From Octopus vulgaris (lineage: Eukaryota): a stretch of 64,000 bases of DNA. The DNA lies in NCBI GenBank assembly GCA_951406725.2, contig OX597835.1, forward strand, positions 20,150,001 through 20,214,000, written 5' to 3'. A program made the translations under genes and the position numbers. Shown in pieces: positions 14,175 through 26,640 of this stretch (its first letter is position 1; every line of letters begins with the position of its first letter). The notes below the pieces were generated by a model. That model was not told where the DNA came from, made no database searches, and worked only from the letters and a program-made list of their open reading frames with translations.

Positions 14175-15390
14175 ATAATGGTTGAATACATTTGTATATG
14201 CATGCCTGTTTGCATGTGTGAATGTGTAGAAGAACAAATCTTTGTTTTATCCGCCTTTCGTATTCCCAGTTTCCATGTCGACTGAGTTTCAACAACATCT
14301 TTATTGGACGCCTTGACTTCAAACGTCTTCAGTTTTTTTCTGCTGCGTTCAAGTGACGCATTTATAGTTTTAGCTATTTTCGTCATTTTACCATTCATTT
14401 ACGCTCCTATTTTTGCTGATGTTGTTGTTGTTGTTGTTGCTGTTTATTTTTTTTCGCTATTTTTTAATGATTTTATGAAATGACCAGATCGGATTCTTTT
14501 TGTGTAGTGTTGAATTTTGTTGTTCTTTCTTGCACTGTTTCGATTCGTTTTTTTTTTTAATTCTGTAAAGCAATAACACTTTGCAAAGATGATTTCAGTG
14601 CGAAGGAGAAGTAGTATGTCTGGAGGGGGTAAACAAGTAATGAATAACGGAAAAAGTAAGAAAATGTGATTGAAAGAAAGAAAGTAACTCTAAGAGAGAT
14701 ACAGCCATAGTGAAAGACAAACAGATTCAGGGCGAAAGAGAGTGTTGGAACGTCAGAGGGATATTGGGAATGTTCTTGTATGCACATATCAGTATATAAG
14801 CTTGTGTGCGCGTGTCTGTGTGAGTAGTATGTGGGTTTAAGGGTGACAGACAGGAACTAAACGTCAGAAAGAGTGAAGGGGCGAGGGGTAATAAGAAATG
14901 GTGATAAATATATTGGAAAGCGTTTGGTTACAATACTACATATGAAAAATTGAGGGAAAAAATAAAATGGAGTCTCAGAAGAAACATAATCAAAATGAAA
15001 TACAAGAGAAAAAGGAAAAAAAAAGAAGACTGTGAAGACTTAGGGAAAATAAACACAGATGTTAAAAGATAAAGAAGAGAATGTTACTAAATAGAGAAAA
15101 AAGGAGGAAAAAAACGATTTTTGAAAATATCATTTATGCGTGAGCATACAGGTGTAGTTAAGAGCTCCTCTTTTCAGTCACTTAGTTCGAGGTTCGATCT
15201 AATCTATATCAACATGGCTAAGTGCCTTTTCGTATAGCTTCGGGCTACTCAATAACTTGTAAGTGCAATTTTATCCTCGGTGTGTATGTCTGAGTGCATT
15301 TTATCCTTCAGTTAACAAAGACGACACACACACACTATCGAATACAAATATATAGATGCATGCATATACATATATGTATACCTATATTAA

Positions 15391-15474
<84 letters not shown>

Positions 15475-16244
15475 TGTGTTTGAGTGTATGTGTGTGTGTG
15501 TGTGTCTGGTATGACCAGCAGTGGGATATATGTTACACCGTATTCATTGAGAATCTGATATTTCGGTCACTCGGTCAAGTGACTTCACAAATATAAATTA
15601 TGTTAAATTCTTTAAAAGAAAAAACTGTTGCAAAACAGAAAATGTAACAAAATGTAAATGAGACGCGATGACGAAGATACGGGTAGAAGTAAAGAATTGT
15701 GAAAAGAAAGGAAATATTACACAAGGAACAAAGAAGGAAGGTTTCGGATATGATCTTTCTTAAAATATCTGCCCAATGAATTATATCCACCTCATCTTCG
15801 AACTGCTTATTTCATATTATGAATCGTTCAAAGCATAGAGAAATGTTTTTCTCAACTATGTATTTCGTCTGCGTTAATCTTAACATTTTAAGATTAGCAT
15901 TTTCTCAGTTATTAATCTCCTCTATAGAGGGCAAGTTTTCTCTATACCTCTCACGCTGGTTTCAGATTGCTTATCAACTGCGAACGTCATCAAGTACATG
16001 TGCTTTTCGTAGCTTTTGTTTTCTTATATTTTTGGATTCGAATATGAAACTATGATCTGTAAACAAATTCCTTCATAAGATCCACTGGGTTAGCTATTTT
16101 CAAGAAATATTAAGGGATTAATATTTCTACTTGTTGAGTATTTCGAGAATCCGTAATGTGCTTTCGAAAGATCTTTCGAAGCTGAAGACGATATAACGTC
16201 ATGTGAATAATAACTTTCTAGTCGATGAAATATCTATTACATTT

Positions 16245-16548
16245 CGTTTGTTCCTTCTCGAGCCATGCCTGGCTCAAAAGGGCCAGTTTCCCGGTTTCTT
16301 TGGCGTATATGTTCCCCACCTGGACGGGACGACGGTCCGTCGCAGGTGAGCTGCAAGATGCAGGAGGAAAGAGTGAGAAAAAGTTGTGGCGAAAGAGTCA
16401 GCAGAAGTTCGCCATTACCTTCTGCTGGAACCGCGTGGAGATTAAGGTGTTTCGCTCATAAACACACACATCGCCTGGTCTGAGATTCGAACTCGCGATC
16501 CCTCGACCGCGAGCCCGCTGCTATAACCACTAGGCCATGTGCCTCCAC
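16245..16548 (-). mobile_element. SINE family B-related head with alternative 3' tail
   Basis: Minus strand GTGGAGGCACATGGCCTAGTGGTTA head. The tail CCCGTCCAGGTGGGG...GAAACCGG is shared with 58978-59307. Confidence 0.75.
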
Positions 16549-16682
16549 TGTTTATTTCATCCTTTCGGGGTCGATTAAATAAGTACCAGTTACGCACTGG
16601 GGTCGATATAATCGACTTAATCCGTTTGTCTGTCCTTGTTTGCCCCCTCTATGTTTAGCCCCTTGTGGGTAGTAAAGAAATA
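16549..16682 (+). mobile_element. SINE family C, 3' half
   Basis: TTTCATCCTTTCGGGGTCG...TTTAGCCCCTTGTGGGTAGTAAAGAAATA. Confidence 0.8.
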
Positions 16683-17928
16683 GGTATTAAAATATTCAAT
16701 TGTATATTTCTTTTATATTTGGTATCATAAATATATTTAGTAGAAAATTACTCAACAGGAGTGGCTGTGTGGTAAGTTGCTTGCTAACCAACCACAAGGT
16801 TCCGGGTTCAGTCCCACTGCGTGACATCTTGGGCAAGTGTCTTCTTTAACTTAATTTCGACCTGCTAAATAAAGACGCAATCTTCGTTTATGGACAGTCA
16901 GTATAGCCCCATATTTTCAACGTTAGTTGCTTTATTAAATGTTATAGAACTGTAAGTTACGTGGAAAAGAGTTCTTCAGCTGAAAGTATTATTAAACATA
17001 AATAAACATTCAGTTCACGAAACGAAAAACGATAGAAATTTGTGATAAAATCTCCAGGTTGTTTGTCTGTGATAGCGACAGTGCATTAAAGCTTCCATGT
17101 GATGAGACGTATATTCTTGAATCAACTTCATGCTGACAAGGCTAGAACCTCTTTCTAGCAAAAATGTCGCCAATGCATCTCTTATTATAGCTGTCAAAAA
17201 AACCTGAAAAAAAAAGAGCGGCTTTGATTGGACCAATTTTGGTCTATTTATGCCAACGCAAGTTGTTGATAAGAAATTGCTGTATCGATACATCTTTATT
17301 GCAAACAAGTTATTTTGGCTAATGGGATGAAATATTAAGCATATCGACTACTACAACGATTCATGTTCAGTGTGGTTGGGATCTAACGGAAAAAAAAACT
17401 ACTATGGAAGAATAGTGATGCCAAAATTACTGAATATGCATCTAGATGTACTGCGCGGAACGTAAATAATTATTAATGACATAGAAACACTGATTTCATA
17501 TTTTTTCACAAGGTCAGCAATTGCGAGGAGTTGCTTAAATTGATTCGATTGACCCCACTGTTCAACTAGTACTTCTTTGATAGACTCCGAAGGGGGTGGG
17601 GCGGAATTTGAACTCAGAACGTAAAGACGTATGAAATGCCGGTAAGCATTTTCCCCCCGACGAGCTAACGACTCTGCCATCTCACCGAATGATATATATA
17701 TAACTATTAATATATAAAACTTTAAAATTTTATTTCGTCCCAAACGGCAACAATATGACTCTACCAGTTCACCACTGCGTCATTCTAGCAATGTGGCAAT
17801 GACATTTTTAAAATTGATAGCTATCTACTAAGACAGAGTAATTTCAAAGAAACTTAGAGACTGACATTCAGGAAAGAGAGAAACCACGTAGAGTCTCCCG
17901 TTTCACTCATTTGGTATTAAAATATTCA

Positions 17929-18276
17929 AAGGCGGCGTGTTGGCAGAATCGTTAGAATGCGGGCGAAATGCTTAGTGGTATTTCGTCTGCCTCTACGTTC
18001 TGAGTTCAATTTCGCCGAGGTCGACTTTGCCTTTCATCCTTTCGGGGTCGATTAAATAAGTACCAGTTACGCACTGGGGTCGATATAATCGACTTAATCC
18101 GTTTGTCTGACCTTGTTTGTCCCCTCTGTATTTAGCCCCTTGTGGATAGTAAAGAAATAGGTATTTCCTCTGACTTTACGTTCTGAGTTCAAATTCCGCC
18201 GAGGTAGACTTTGCCTTTCATCCTTTCGGGGTCAATTAAATACATACCAGTTACGCACTGGGGTCGTAAAGAAACA
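17929..18276 (+). mobile_element. SINE family C, tandem-extended copy
   Basis: Full copy plus partial repeat, flanked by the 17-bp direct repeat GGTATTAAAATATTCAA. Confidence 0.85.
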
Positions 18277-18380
18277 GGTATTAAAATATTCAATTGTATA
18301 TTTCTTTTATATTTGGTATAATAGTATATTTAGTAGAAGATTACTCAACATACTAATCCAAATTGACTGTGGTACTGTAT

Positions 18381-18615
18381 TGAGCTGGCAGAAACGTTAG
18401 CACGCCGGGCGAAATGAGTAGCCGTATTTCGTCTGCGTTTACGTTCTGGGTTCAAATTCCGCCGAGGTCGACTTTGCCCTTCATTCTTTCGGGGTCATTA
18501 AATAAAGTACCAGTTACGCACTGGGGTCGGTATAATCGACTTAATCTGTTTGTCTGTCCTTCTTTGTCCCTTCTGCGTTTAGCCTCTTGTGGGTAGTAAA
18601 GAAATATGTATTTCG
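18381..18615 (+). mobile_element. SINE family C
   Basis: Matches the family C consensus. Confidence 0.85.
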
Positions 18616-20170
18616 TGAGATATATTACATCGAGTCAATTATTAAAGAGTAAATGGCAAATTATGCTGCTTTTACATAGTAACACCAGGAATTGAACCCA
18701 CTACCTCACTGTTTCTGCAACTCTACTCTACAAAAAATACCTTGATATTATGTACACACAAGAAAGATATATAAAGTAGAATGGGAACATGAAATGTGTT
18801 CATCTGAAAAAGTTTGGCGTCGATTCTGTTAAGTTTGTGTTAGTGGGCGACCACTGTCCTTTTATTTACATCTTCACCTCTCCGACAAACATTTAGAAAA
18901 TGGAATATATACTACATCATTCATTCAATTGGACACCCTGCTTAATCTCAATATATAAAAATAGCTGAAGCAATTATATACGCGGGTGCGCGTGTGTGTG
19001 CTTATACACATAGATATAACGATACACACACATATACGTACACACGTATACACACACATACACTGACAGATACACATTCCTACATACATACGTTTATATG
19101 TTTGTTTATGATTTAATCTACTTTATGATTTAATCTACTATATGATTTAATCTTACTGCTTGATTCAATATATGGTGATAACATAACCAAATAAAAAGGA
19201 TACAGGCGTACTTTTATTTTCATTGAATATAATTCTGTTTGACACATTGGTGAAATTTGTCAAGCGTTATAATGTTTTTGAATTTACGGGGTCAATCAAT
19301 CTATGTCGAAAATATTTCTTCCTCTAATGGTTAAAGAAAAGCAAAAAAAAAAAAAATAATAATAATAATAAATAAATAAATAAAATACAAAAAATTAAGA
19401 AACAAAAACTTGCTATAAGTGATCAGATGTCGAAAATTTCAGCATCTGCCACTTCAATATTGGTAAATGTGTCTCTATTGGGATAAGTATTAAATGAATT
19501 TGTATATTTTTGTCGGTTGTGTATACTTATAATATTTTTCAGACATTGAACTGCAGCCACGCTGCGGTGCTAAATAGTAAGGGTTTTAGTAAATTATATC
19601 GAACCTGATACTTAGCTTTCTAATCAAATAATTGATCTCTGTTTACTTAATGTATAAGATACCTACAGAGAATTATGTCTCTTGAGTCAGTGAGGTTCAT
19701 TTACGAACGAGAATACCAGAAGGTATTTCATTCCACCTTTCTGTTGTACACCGGAATATACGAACTACGCAGAGGCAGAAGGAATGGAATAGAGAGTGCT
19801 AAACAATAGTAATCGGTGTTCTTCGTTGTCCAACGATTTAGATTTAGAATAACAATCAATTTTCTTTAACTTCCACTGTTAAGGACGGATGAATTCAATG
19901 CAGTAACGCAGAGTATAGAAACGACATAGGAAAATCAGTTCATTATAGGTTTGTCACATGACAATTGCTGACATTTGAAAGCTCTCTTTTTCTCTCTCTT
20001 TCTCTCTTTCACGCTCCTCCTCTCACTTTCTCTCTCACACACACACAAATATTTTCCAAAACGGTCAGATGAACATATACATGATAATGGATGTATAACG
20101 TATATATAAATATATATAATTGATGGTTAATTTGAATGCATACTTTATATACATACATACATACATACAT

Positions 20171-20233
<63 letters not shown>

Positions 20234-20305
20234 TAAATAAAACATATGCATATATATATACATATATGTACGTACCTACCTCTACATGTATATATACACG
20301 CATAT

Positions 20306-20475
20306 ATGAGTACAGGACACCAAAAAACGTCGAACACAATGAGAAACGAAAACATAGACACAAACTCAAGGAACTGGACATATTTATAAACAACAAAAAA
20401 ATAGAGTACAGGACAATTAGCACAAAGAAAAAACCCCTTCTTCAGTCGCCATGGTTTCATCTACTCTACGTCTAC
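20306..20475. mobile_element. Penelope-type terminal-repeat fragment (GAGTACAGGACA direct repeats); related copy at 13949-14047 in opposite orientation
   Basis: Both loci have paired GAGTACAGGACA / TGTCCTGTACTC motifs and lie next to TA tracts. The family assignment is an inference. Confidence 0.4.
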
Positions 20476-20482
20476 ACGATCT

Positions 20483-20775
20483 GTGGAGGCGCCATAACCC
20501 AGTGGTTAGGGCAGCGGACTCGCGGTTATAGGATCGCGGTTTCGATTCCCAGAGCAGGCGTTGTGTGTGTTTATTGAGCGAAAACACCTAAAAGCCCCAA
20601 GAGGCTCCGGCAGGGGGTGGTGGCGATCCCTGCTGTACTCTTTCGCCGCAACTTTCTCTCACACTTTTTTCTCTTGGCCTGCTCGCTTACCAGCGGGGTG
20701 GCGTCATTTGAAGGCTAAAACGATGCGAAGCGCACTGTGACCAGCGATGTGTAGCAACATCTGATAGCCTGGTCG
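20483..20775 (+). mobile_element. SINE family B head with a third type of 3' tail
   Basis: Head matches family B to ~20665, followed by an unrelated tail GCGTCATTTGAAGGCTAAAACGATGCGAAGCGCACTGTGACC. Confidence 0.75.
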
Positions 20776-21099
20776 CTCAGGTAGTGGTGGGGATATACGA
20801 TCTATGAAATTGGTGCAAGATATGCATCTATATACCAGCGATAATGGTGATTTCCTGGTTTGTTGATAATGAACATATAAAGATATTTAAATATACGTAC
20901 ACGTAAATGGGGGTACCAGTGAACATAAAAGCAGTTTTATACGAAAATCTTGCGGTCGTTTTAGGAATATGGATTTTCTGGGAGGAGAAGACTCCCAGTC
21001 CCCTCGCTTCTGCCCATTTTAGTCACTTCTTACACCCCGCAGGGAAGATGTCGACTGCATTCTCTCTCTCTTTCACCTAGCACACGACCCGCCGTTTCT

Positions 21100-21690
21100 C
21101 GTCTCCCGTTTCCCACTCACCTAGCACCCCACCAACACACCATTCTCCTGTGACTACAGTGCGACCCCTCCACTTCGCCAACCTACCCCTTCCCTCTTTC
21201 AAACGAGCCCATAACCTACGTGACTTTCTGGTCCACAGTTCCTTCCCGAACACCTCTTCACAGCCTGGCTCGCTCCCCTGCTCCTACCCACACTGCCGCA
21301 CTACCTCTCCAACACCACCATCCTCACAGGCAACCATCATCGTCGCTATCATATCACTGTCTTTCTAAACTGCACTTCTAGCAACGTCATTTACTGCATC
21401 TCCTTCTCTTTCCTTCCTTCTCTATACATTGGTCAAACGGGACGCCGCTTGGCTGACCGGTTCGCGGAGCACCTTCGAGACATTAGACTCAGCAATGATA
21501 CCCCGGTCTCGCGCCATTTCTGCTCTACCGGTCATTCATTACATCACCAGTCTCTGTTAGGATTGTTTTGCACAGGACTATCCGCACTCCCGCCTTCGCC
21601 ATGAACAAGATTTAATCTTCTCTTTTCGCTCCTTTGCGCCACATAGACTCAAATCCTCTCACAACTTCTCCATTCTTCACCTCCTCTCTT
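21100..21690 (+). pseudogene. Penelope-like element GIY-YIG endonuclease region, decayed
   Basis: PLPSFKRAHNLRDFLVHS linker, then from 21368 NCTSSNVIYCISFSFLPSLYIGQTGRRLADRFAEHLRDIRLSNDTPVSRHF (VIY...YIG..R..EH). Confidence 0.85.
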
Positions 21691-22210
21691 CATCTGGCAT
21701 CTACTTCTCTTCACACCTACCCGCCTATTCCCTTCATTGATACCAACTCCGCCCACCCCACCCTACCCCATATCATCACCCAACCCCACATTTTCACCCT
21801 CAAATCCTCCCCCCAAACCCACATCCACACCCTCACATCCTCACACTTCAACACCGCCAAACCACACCACACCAAACAACACTGCACCACCACATCACAT
21901 CACCCCAACACCACTACTTATACACTTGCACTGACCACTTCCCAGCGCCAACACCATCATCCACACACAGGCATATTACAGACGCACACATCCACACGTC
22001 AAAGTCACCAGCTCCTATCCATATGCACACACTTGCAATCTCTCACATGCACACACGCACACACACCTTCGTTTTGGGATCATCAGGACTTTATTATCTC
22101 CCTTCTTCCTGTATATGTATATTACACAAACAATCACACATACGGGAGCGTACATATTTTCCCGTATAATTCATGACTATTTAGCTTATATCTATTTATC
22201 TATGTATCTA

Positions 22211-22296
<86 letters not shown>

Positions 22297-22307
22297 TATA
22301 TGGATAG

Positions 22308-22359
<52 letters not shown>

Positions 22360-23109
22360 GGTGCAAAAATATATTTTAATATGTTTATCCTTGGTAAGTG
22401 CAACTCCTATATTTGACTAAAATTTGTAGGATTCGTAAAAATTATAATTCGCTCACTTGGTGATTTTTCAATACATTCCTTTGCACAATGTCAACTAAAC
22501 GATTTTTATGCATCTACACATGTTTATGAATGTGTGTCTCTGTGCGTCTGTAAATGTTCATTTTCAAGTAGGAAATACGAAAGGAAATGAAAATATTAAT
22601 TGCTATTTTATCTCTGTGCCCTGCAGCTAATTGTATGTGAACATCTAGATATTAGTTTGTCGATAATGAAAATTGCACAGCAATACACATATACAGCATT
22701 ATTTACAGGCGTATAGAAATGATGTTAGAATACTATATATAAATACTAACGGAATAAGTGAAGTGGTTACAGGTGCACACTGCTTGTTGTTTTGTCACAG
22801 TTTATAACGTATTTGGAAAGCTTGCTATAATGTACGCGGAAAATCCATCATTCCTTGGTTTCAGCGAACCTTTCCATTTTCTTTTAACACAAATCAAGTT
22901 CGTAACATAAATCAAGTCATTCAACTTTAACTTAACATTTTCTTAGCTACTATATCATTAATTTTACATATAAGGCGGTGAGCTGTCAGAATCGTTAGTA
23001 CGTCGGGCGAAATGGTCAGCAGTAACTAAAACACCTGCTTGTTGATTATACACATGTCTTCGTCTTTTGTTTTTCTGAAGATTTCAACTATATATATATA
23101 TATATATAT

Positions 23110-23375
23110 ATACAAAATTTAAAGGACTGACCACTAAAAGTGGACGGTCAATATGCTAGATATAGATGTCAAAATCACTATTTTCGAAGAAAAATCTGGA
23201 TTTTTTTCTTGAGAACACATTCTTCGTGGAAAATAGCGATTTTGACGTTTTTAGTGGTCAGTCCTTTAAATTTTGTATGTAAAAAATATTTTAATCTTCG
23301 GATGTTTTTAATATGCTAGGCCACTGGTTTTAATTGATTAATATCAATTCCTACCCTTATTTAATTATATATATA
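23110..23375. repeat. Fold-back element in a TA tract
   Basis: 30-bp perfect inverted repeat at 23110-23139 / 23249-23278, plus an inner imperfect arm GTCAAAATCACTATTTTC / GAAAATAGCGATTTTGAC. Confidence 0.7.
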
Positions 23376-23383
23376 TATACTTA

Positions 23384-23437
<54 letters not shown>

Positions 23438-24389
23438 TATATGTACGAGCAGAAGGCCCCCCCCCGTCCAATGGACGGTGCTGGTTGTAAAAATATCTAA
23501 ACCAATTTTTCTCAAAACAACTTGTGCGACCGTCCCATAGGCCTCCCCTTTGAGAAATACTGATTTAACCTAAACTTGAGACACCAGCAAAAGAAAAAAT
23601 AAAGATAGACGTTTTTCTATTCAAAAGAAAAACGATTTTATTCATTTTATCGATTGCATTCTCACCTGAAATCGATTTTTGTAATTTTTTCAAGACTTAT
23701 ACACGCCCTGATGCAGTCGGTATCAAATTTGAGCGCAACTGGATGCAGGATGCCCCAGATCCTAGAAGGCACACACATACACACAGGCAGACAGAACGGA
23801 TTTTATATTATAGACACACGCACACACACACACAACTTACAATGCATTGGCCACCCTGAAGCTATAATAGAAGACACCTGCTGAAGGTGGAACGTAGTGC
23901 AACTTAACTTGAACCGATGTGGTTGGGAAGCAACCTTCTTACCAAACAACCTACGCCTGTGTACATTCTGAGTTCAAATTCTACCGAGGTCGACATTACC
24001 TTATGGGGGGGGGGGGGCTCAATGAAATAAGTACCAGTTGAGCGCTAGAGGTTTATCTAATCGACCGTTCTCCACACACACACACGAAATATCATGCCTT
24101 ATACCAATTAGAAGAAAGAGAACTTTCTAGGTGCAATCTTGAGAGTGGTGCTACCACCACCACCATTACTACCACTACTGCAGCTGCTGCTGCTTCTACC
24201 ACCACCACCGCCACCACCGCCACTACTACTACTACTACTTCCCCTTCAAATCCCAGATTAACATTTGTGCTACAAAATGTAAATCTCACTTGGATTTAAT
24301 TTCCGATGTAATTCATTATTACCACAGTTTTCCCACGCCCTCATGTTGCCTGACATTTCTGGAAATTACAGACAAATAGACAGGCACGA

Positions 24390-24521
<132 letters not shown>

Positions 24522-25261
24522 TTATATATTTATATATACACATATATATATTAAATATAGAAATATATATATATACATACACATACACATATACATATTC
24601 ATCAGTTCATATATTCAACCAGGAAGAATGCACAGATATGAAAAGCTGTTAATCTACCTGGCCCGGTGAGATGCGAATACCTTTTACGTTTTAATATTCA
24701 GGTATCCACGGGAGGCCTTATTGACAGACCGAAGCGTGTTTAGTAAACATTAAAACGAAGGCAGTAAATTAGAACAATCTCTGCTGATTCAGTGCTTGAT
24801 TGTACCCTCTTCGTTAACACTGATTGGGCGTTTATTAAAGAGGCGGGCGTAGTGGATGCTGTTTTTGTTCAGCTCAATGTTTAGCTCACCATACACAGCT
24901 TCAAATGACTTCAATGAACAAAAGAAGCATTAAATATTTAAACGTTTCCACAGAAACCATGAGGATTTATTATTCAAGCAAAGATTTAAGCAATTACATC
25001 AGTAGCGTAAATATCATTAACTAAATATTCTATTAGTATATTAATTGATATACCCCAGTTGAATACAACAATAACGTGGTTCCATTGAGCAGTGAATAAT
25101 TATTTCTGAAAGCAGACAGCATTTCATATAAGGCCATACATACACTTGAATAAGCATAATTGTTTGGAATAACAACTTGTGAAATAAAATACACATGGTA
25201 CCTACGGATACGCCAATGAATAATGCAGTGTTGTACGAAGAAGGCAGGGTTGAGAGTGTGT

Positions 25262-25300
<39 letters not shown>

Positions 25301-25841
25301 TGTGTGGGTGAGTGTACGCATGCGTATGCTTGTATATTTTCTGGGTTCGGGTGTATGTGTGCAGAATCGTGGGCAAAGTTTCTATTATACCTTTAATGTG
25401 TTCGCATATTGCATTCAGATTGGAATTTGGTAAAGCAGAATCTCTTACTGATGACCCTCGAAAGCTCACGCACATCTATCTATCTGTATGCATGTATGTC
25501 TGCATATATATACATATTTATACTTACATACATACATATATATATTCTACACACACACACGCACACATATATATATACATATATATATATACATACATAA
25601 GTATATACGTGTATATATATATATATATATTCTTGCTACCTTAAAATTTTAATTAATGATAAAATGTTTATATATAACATAAGGGACTAAAGCCATCTGA
25701 ATATGGCTAGGGACAGGGCAGGGTGGTGGGGGTGTTACTGTTGCATTTAGCCCCAGGCGAACATCGACGTCACCAGAAAGGCTCGACACCGTCACGGTGT
25801 CCTTAACCTGCAAAGGGAGGTAATTCCCCGATGAAGCGGAA

Positions 25842-25893
25842 ACCACACACGGACCATGGTTTCAAGGTGTATTGCCTATCGTCGGCGTGTGGT
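25842..25893 (-). ncRNA. Type I hammerhead ribozyme motif, copy 1
   Basis: Minus strand reads AC-CACACG CCGACGA UAGG-CAAUACA-CCUU GAAAC-CAUG-GUC CGUGUG-UGGU. Stem I is CACACG/CGUGUG, stem II AGG/CCU, stem III AC/GU with palindromic loop. Predicted cleavage is between 25852 and 25851. Confidence 0.8.
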
Positions 25894-26201
25894 AGGCCTC
25901 CGCTTCCTCGACGAATTCTCACTCTGCAGGATATTCATATATAGATTTTCAAGCAAAATACATTTGCTGATTTCGAAAATCTGTTCGAAAGCAATAATAA
26001 TTCTCTAAAAGAGATATAGACAGTAACTGCTCGATAACATAAGGGACTAAAGCCATCTGAATATGGCTAGGGACAGGGCAGGGTGGTGGGGGTGTTACTG
26101 TTGCATTTAGCCCCAGGCGAACATCGACGTCACCAGAAAGGCTCGACACCGTCACGGTGTCCTTAACCTGCAAAGGGAGGTAATTCCCCGATGAAGCGGA
26201 A

Positions 26202-26253
26202 ACCACACACGGACCATGGTTTCAAGGTGTATTGCCTATCGTCGGCGTGTGGT
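26202..26253 (-). ncRNA. Type I hammerhead ribozyme motif, copy 2
   Basis: Identical to copy 1 and exactly 360 nt away. Predicted cleavage is between 26212 and 26211. Confidence 0.8.
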
Positions 26254-26588
26254 AGGCCTCCGCTTCCTCGACGAATTCTCACTCTGCAGGATATTCATAT
26301 ATAGATTTTCAAGCAAAATACATTTGCTGATTTCGAAAATCTGTTCGAAAGCAATAATAATTCTCTAAAAGAGATATAGACAGTAACTGCTCGATAACAT
26401 AAGGGACTAAAGCCATCTGAATATGGCTAGGGACAGGGCAGGGTGGTGGGGGTGTTACTGTTGCATTTAGCCCCAGGCGAACATCGACGTCACCAGAAAG
26501 GCTCGACACCGTCAGCAAATGTATTTTGCTTGAAAATCTATATATGAATATCCTGCAGAGTGAGAATTCGTCGAGGAAGCGGAGGCCT

Positions 26589-26640
26589 ACCACACGCCGA
26601 AGATAGGCAATACACCTTGAAACCATGGTCCGTGTGTGGT
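26589..26640 (+). ncRNA. Type I hammerhead ribozyme motif, copy 3 (inverted unit)
   Basis: ACCACACG CCGAAGA TAGGCAATACACCTT GAAAC CATG GTC CGTGTG TGGT. It differs from copies 1 and 2 only at the variable N7 core position. Predicted cleavage is after 26630. Confidence 0.8.

Noticed and set aside
24815-24900. CCAAT-box and GC-box-like motifs suggesting a promoter
   Set aside because: Short motifs expected by chance, with no identifiable downstream gene.
25448-25467. CTGATGA-CCCTC-GAAAGCTC hammerhead-like core
   Set aside because: Flanks cannot form stem I and stem II is absent.
25827-25866. Plus-strand CCGATGA-AGCG-GAAAC as an opposite-polarity hammerhead
   Set aside because: No stem II and no stem I pairing. 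It is a by-product of the self-complementary rod.
25674-26514. CRISPR array or ordinary satellite interpretation of the tandem unit
   Set aside because: No repeat-spacer alternation and a eukaryotic context. Only 2.3 copies, with an inversion and a ribozyme motif.
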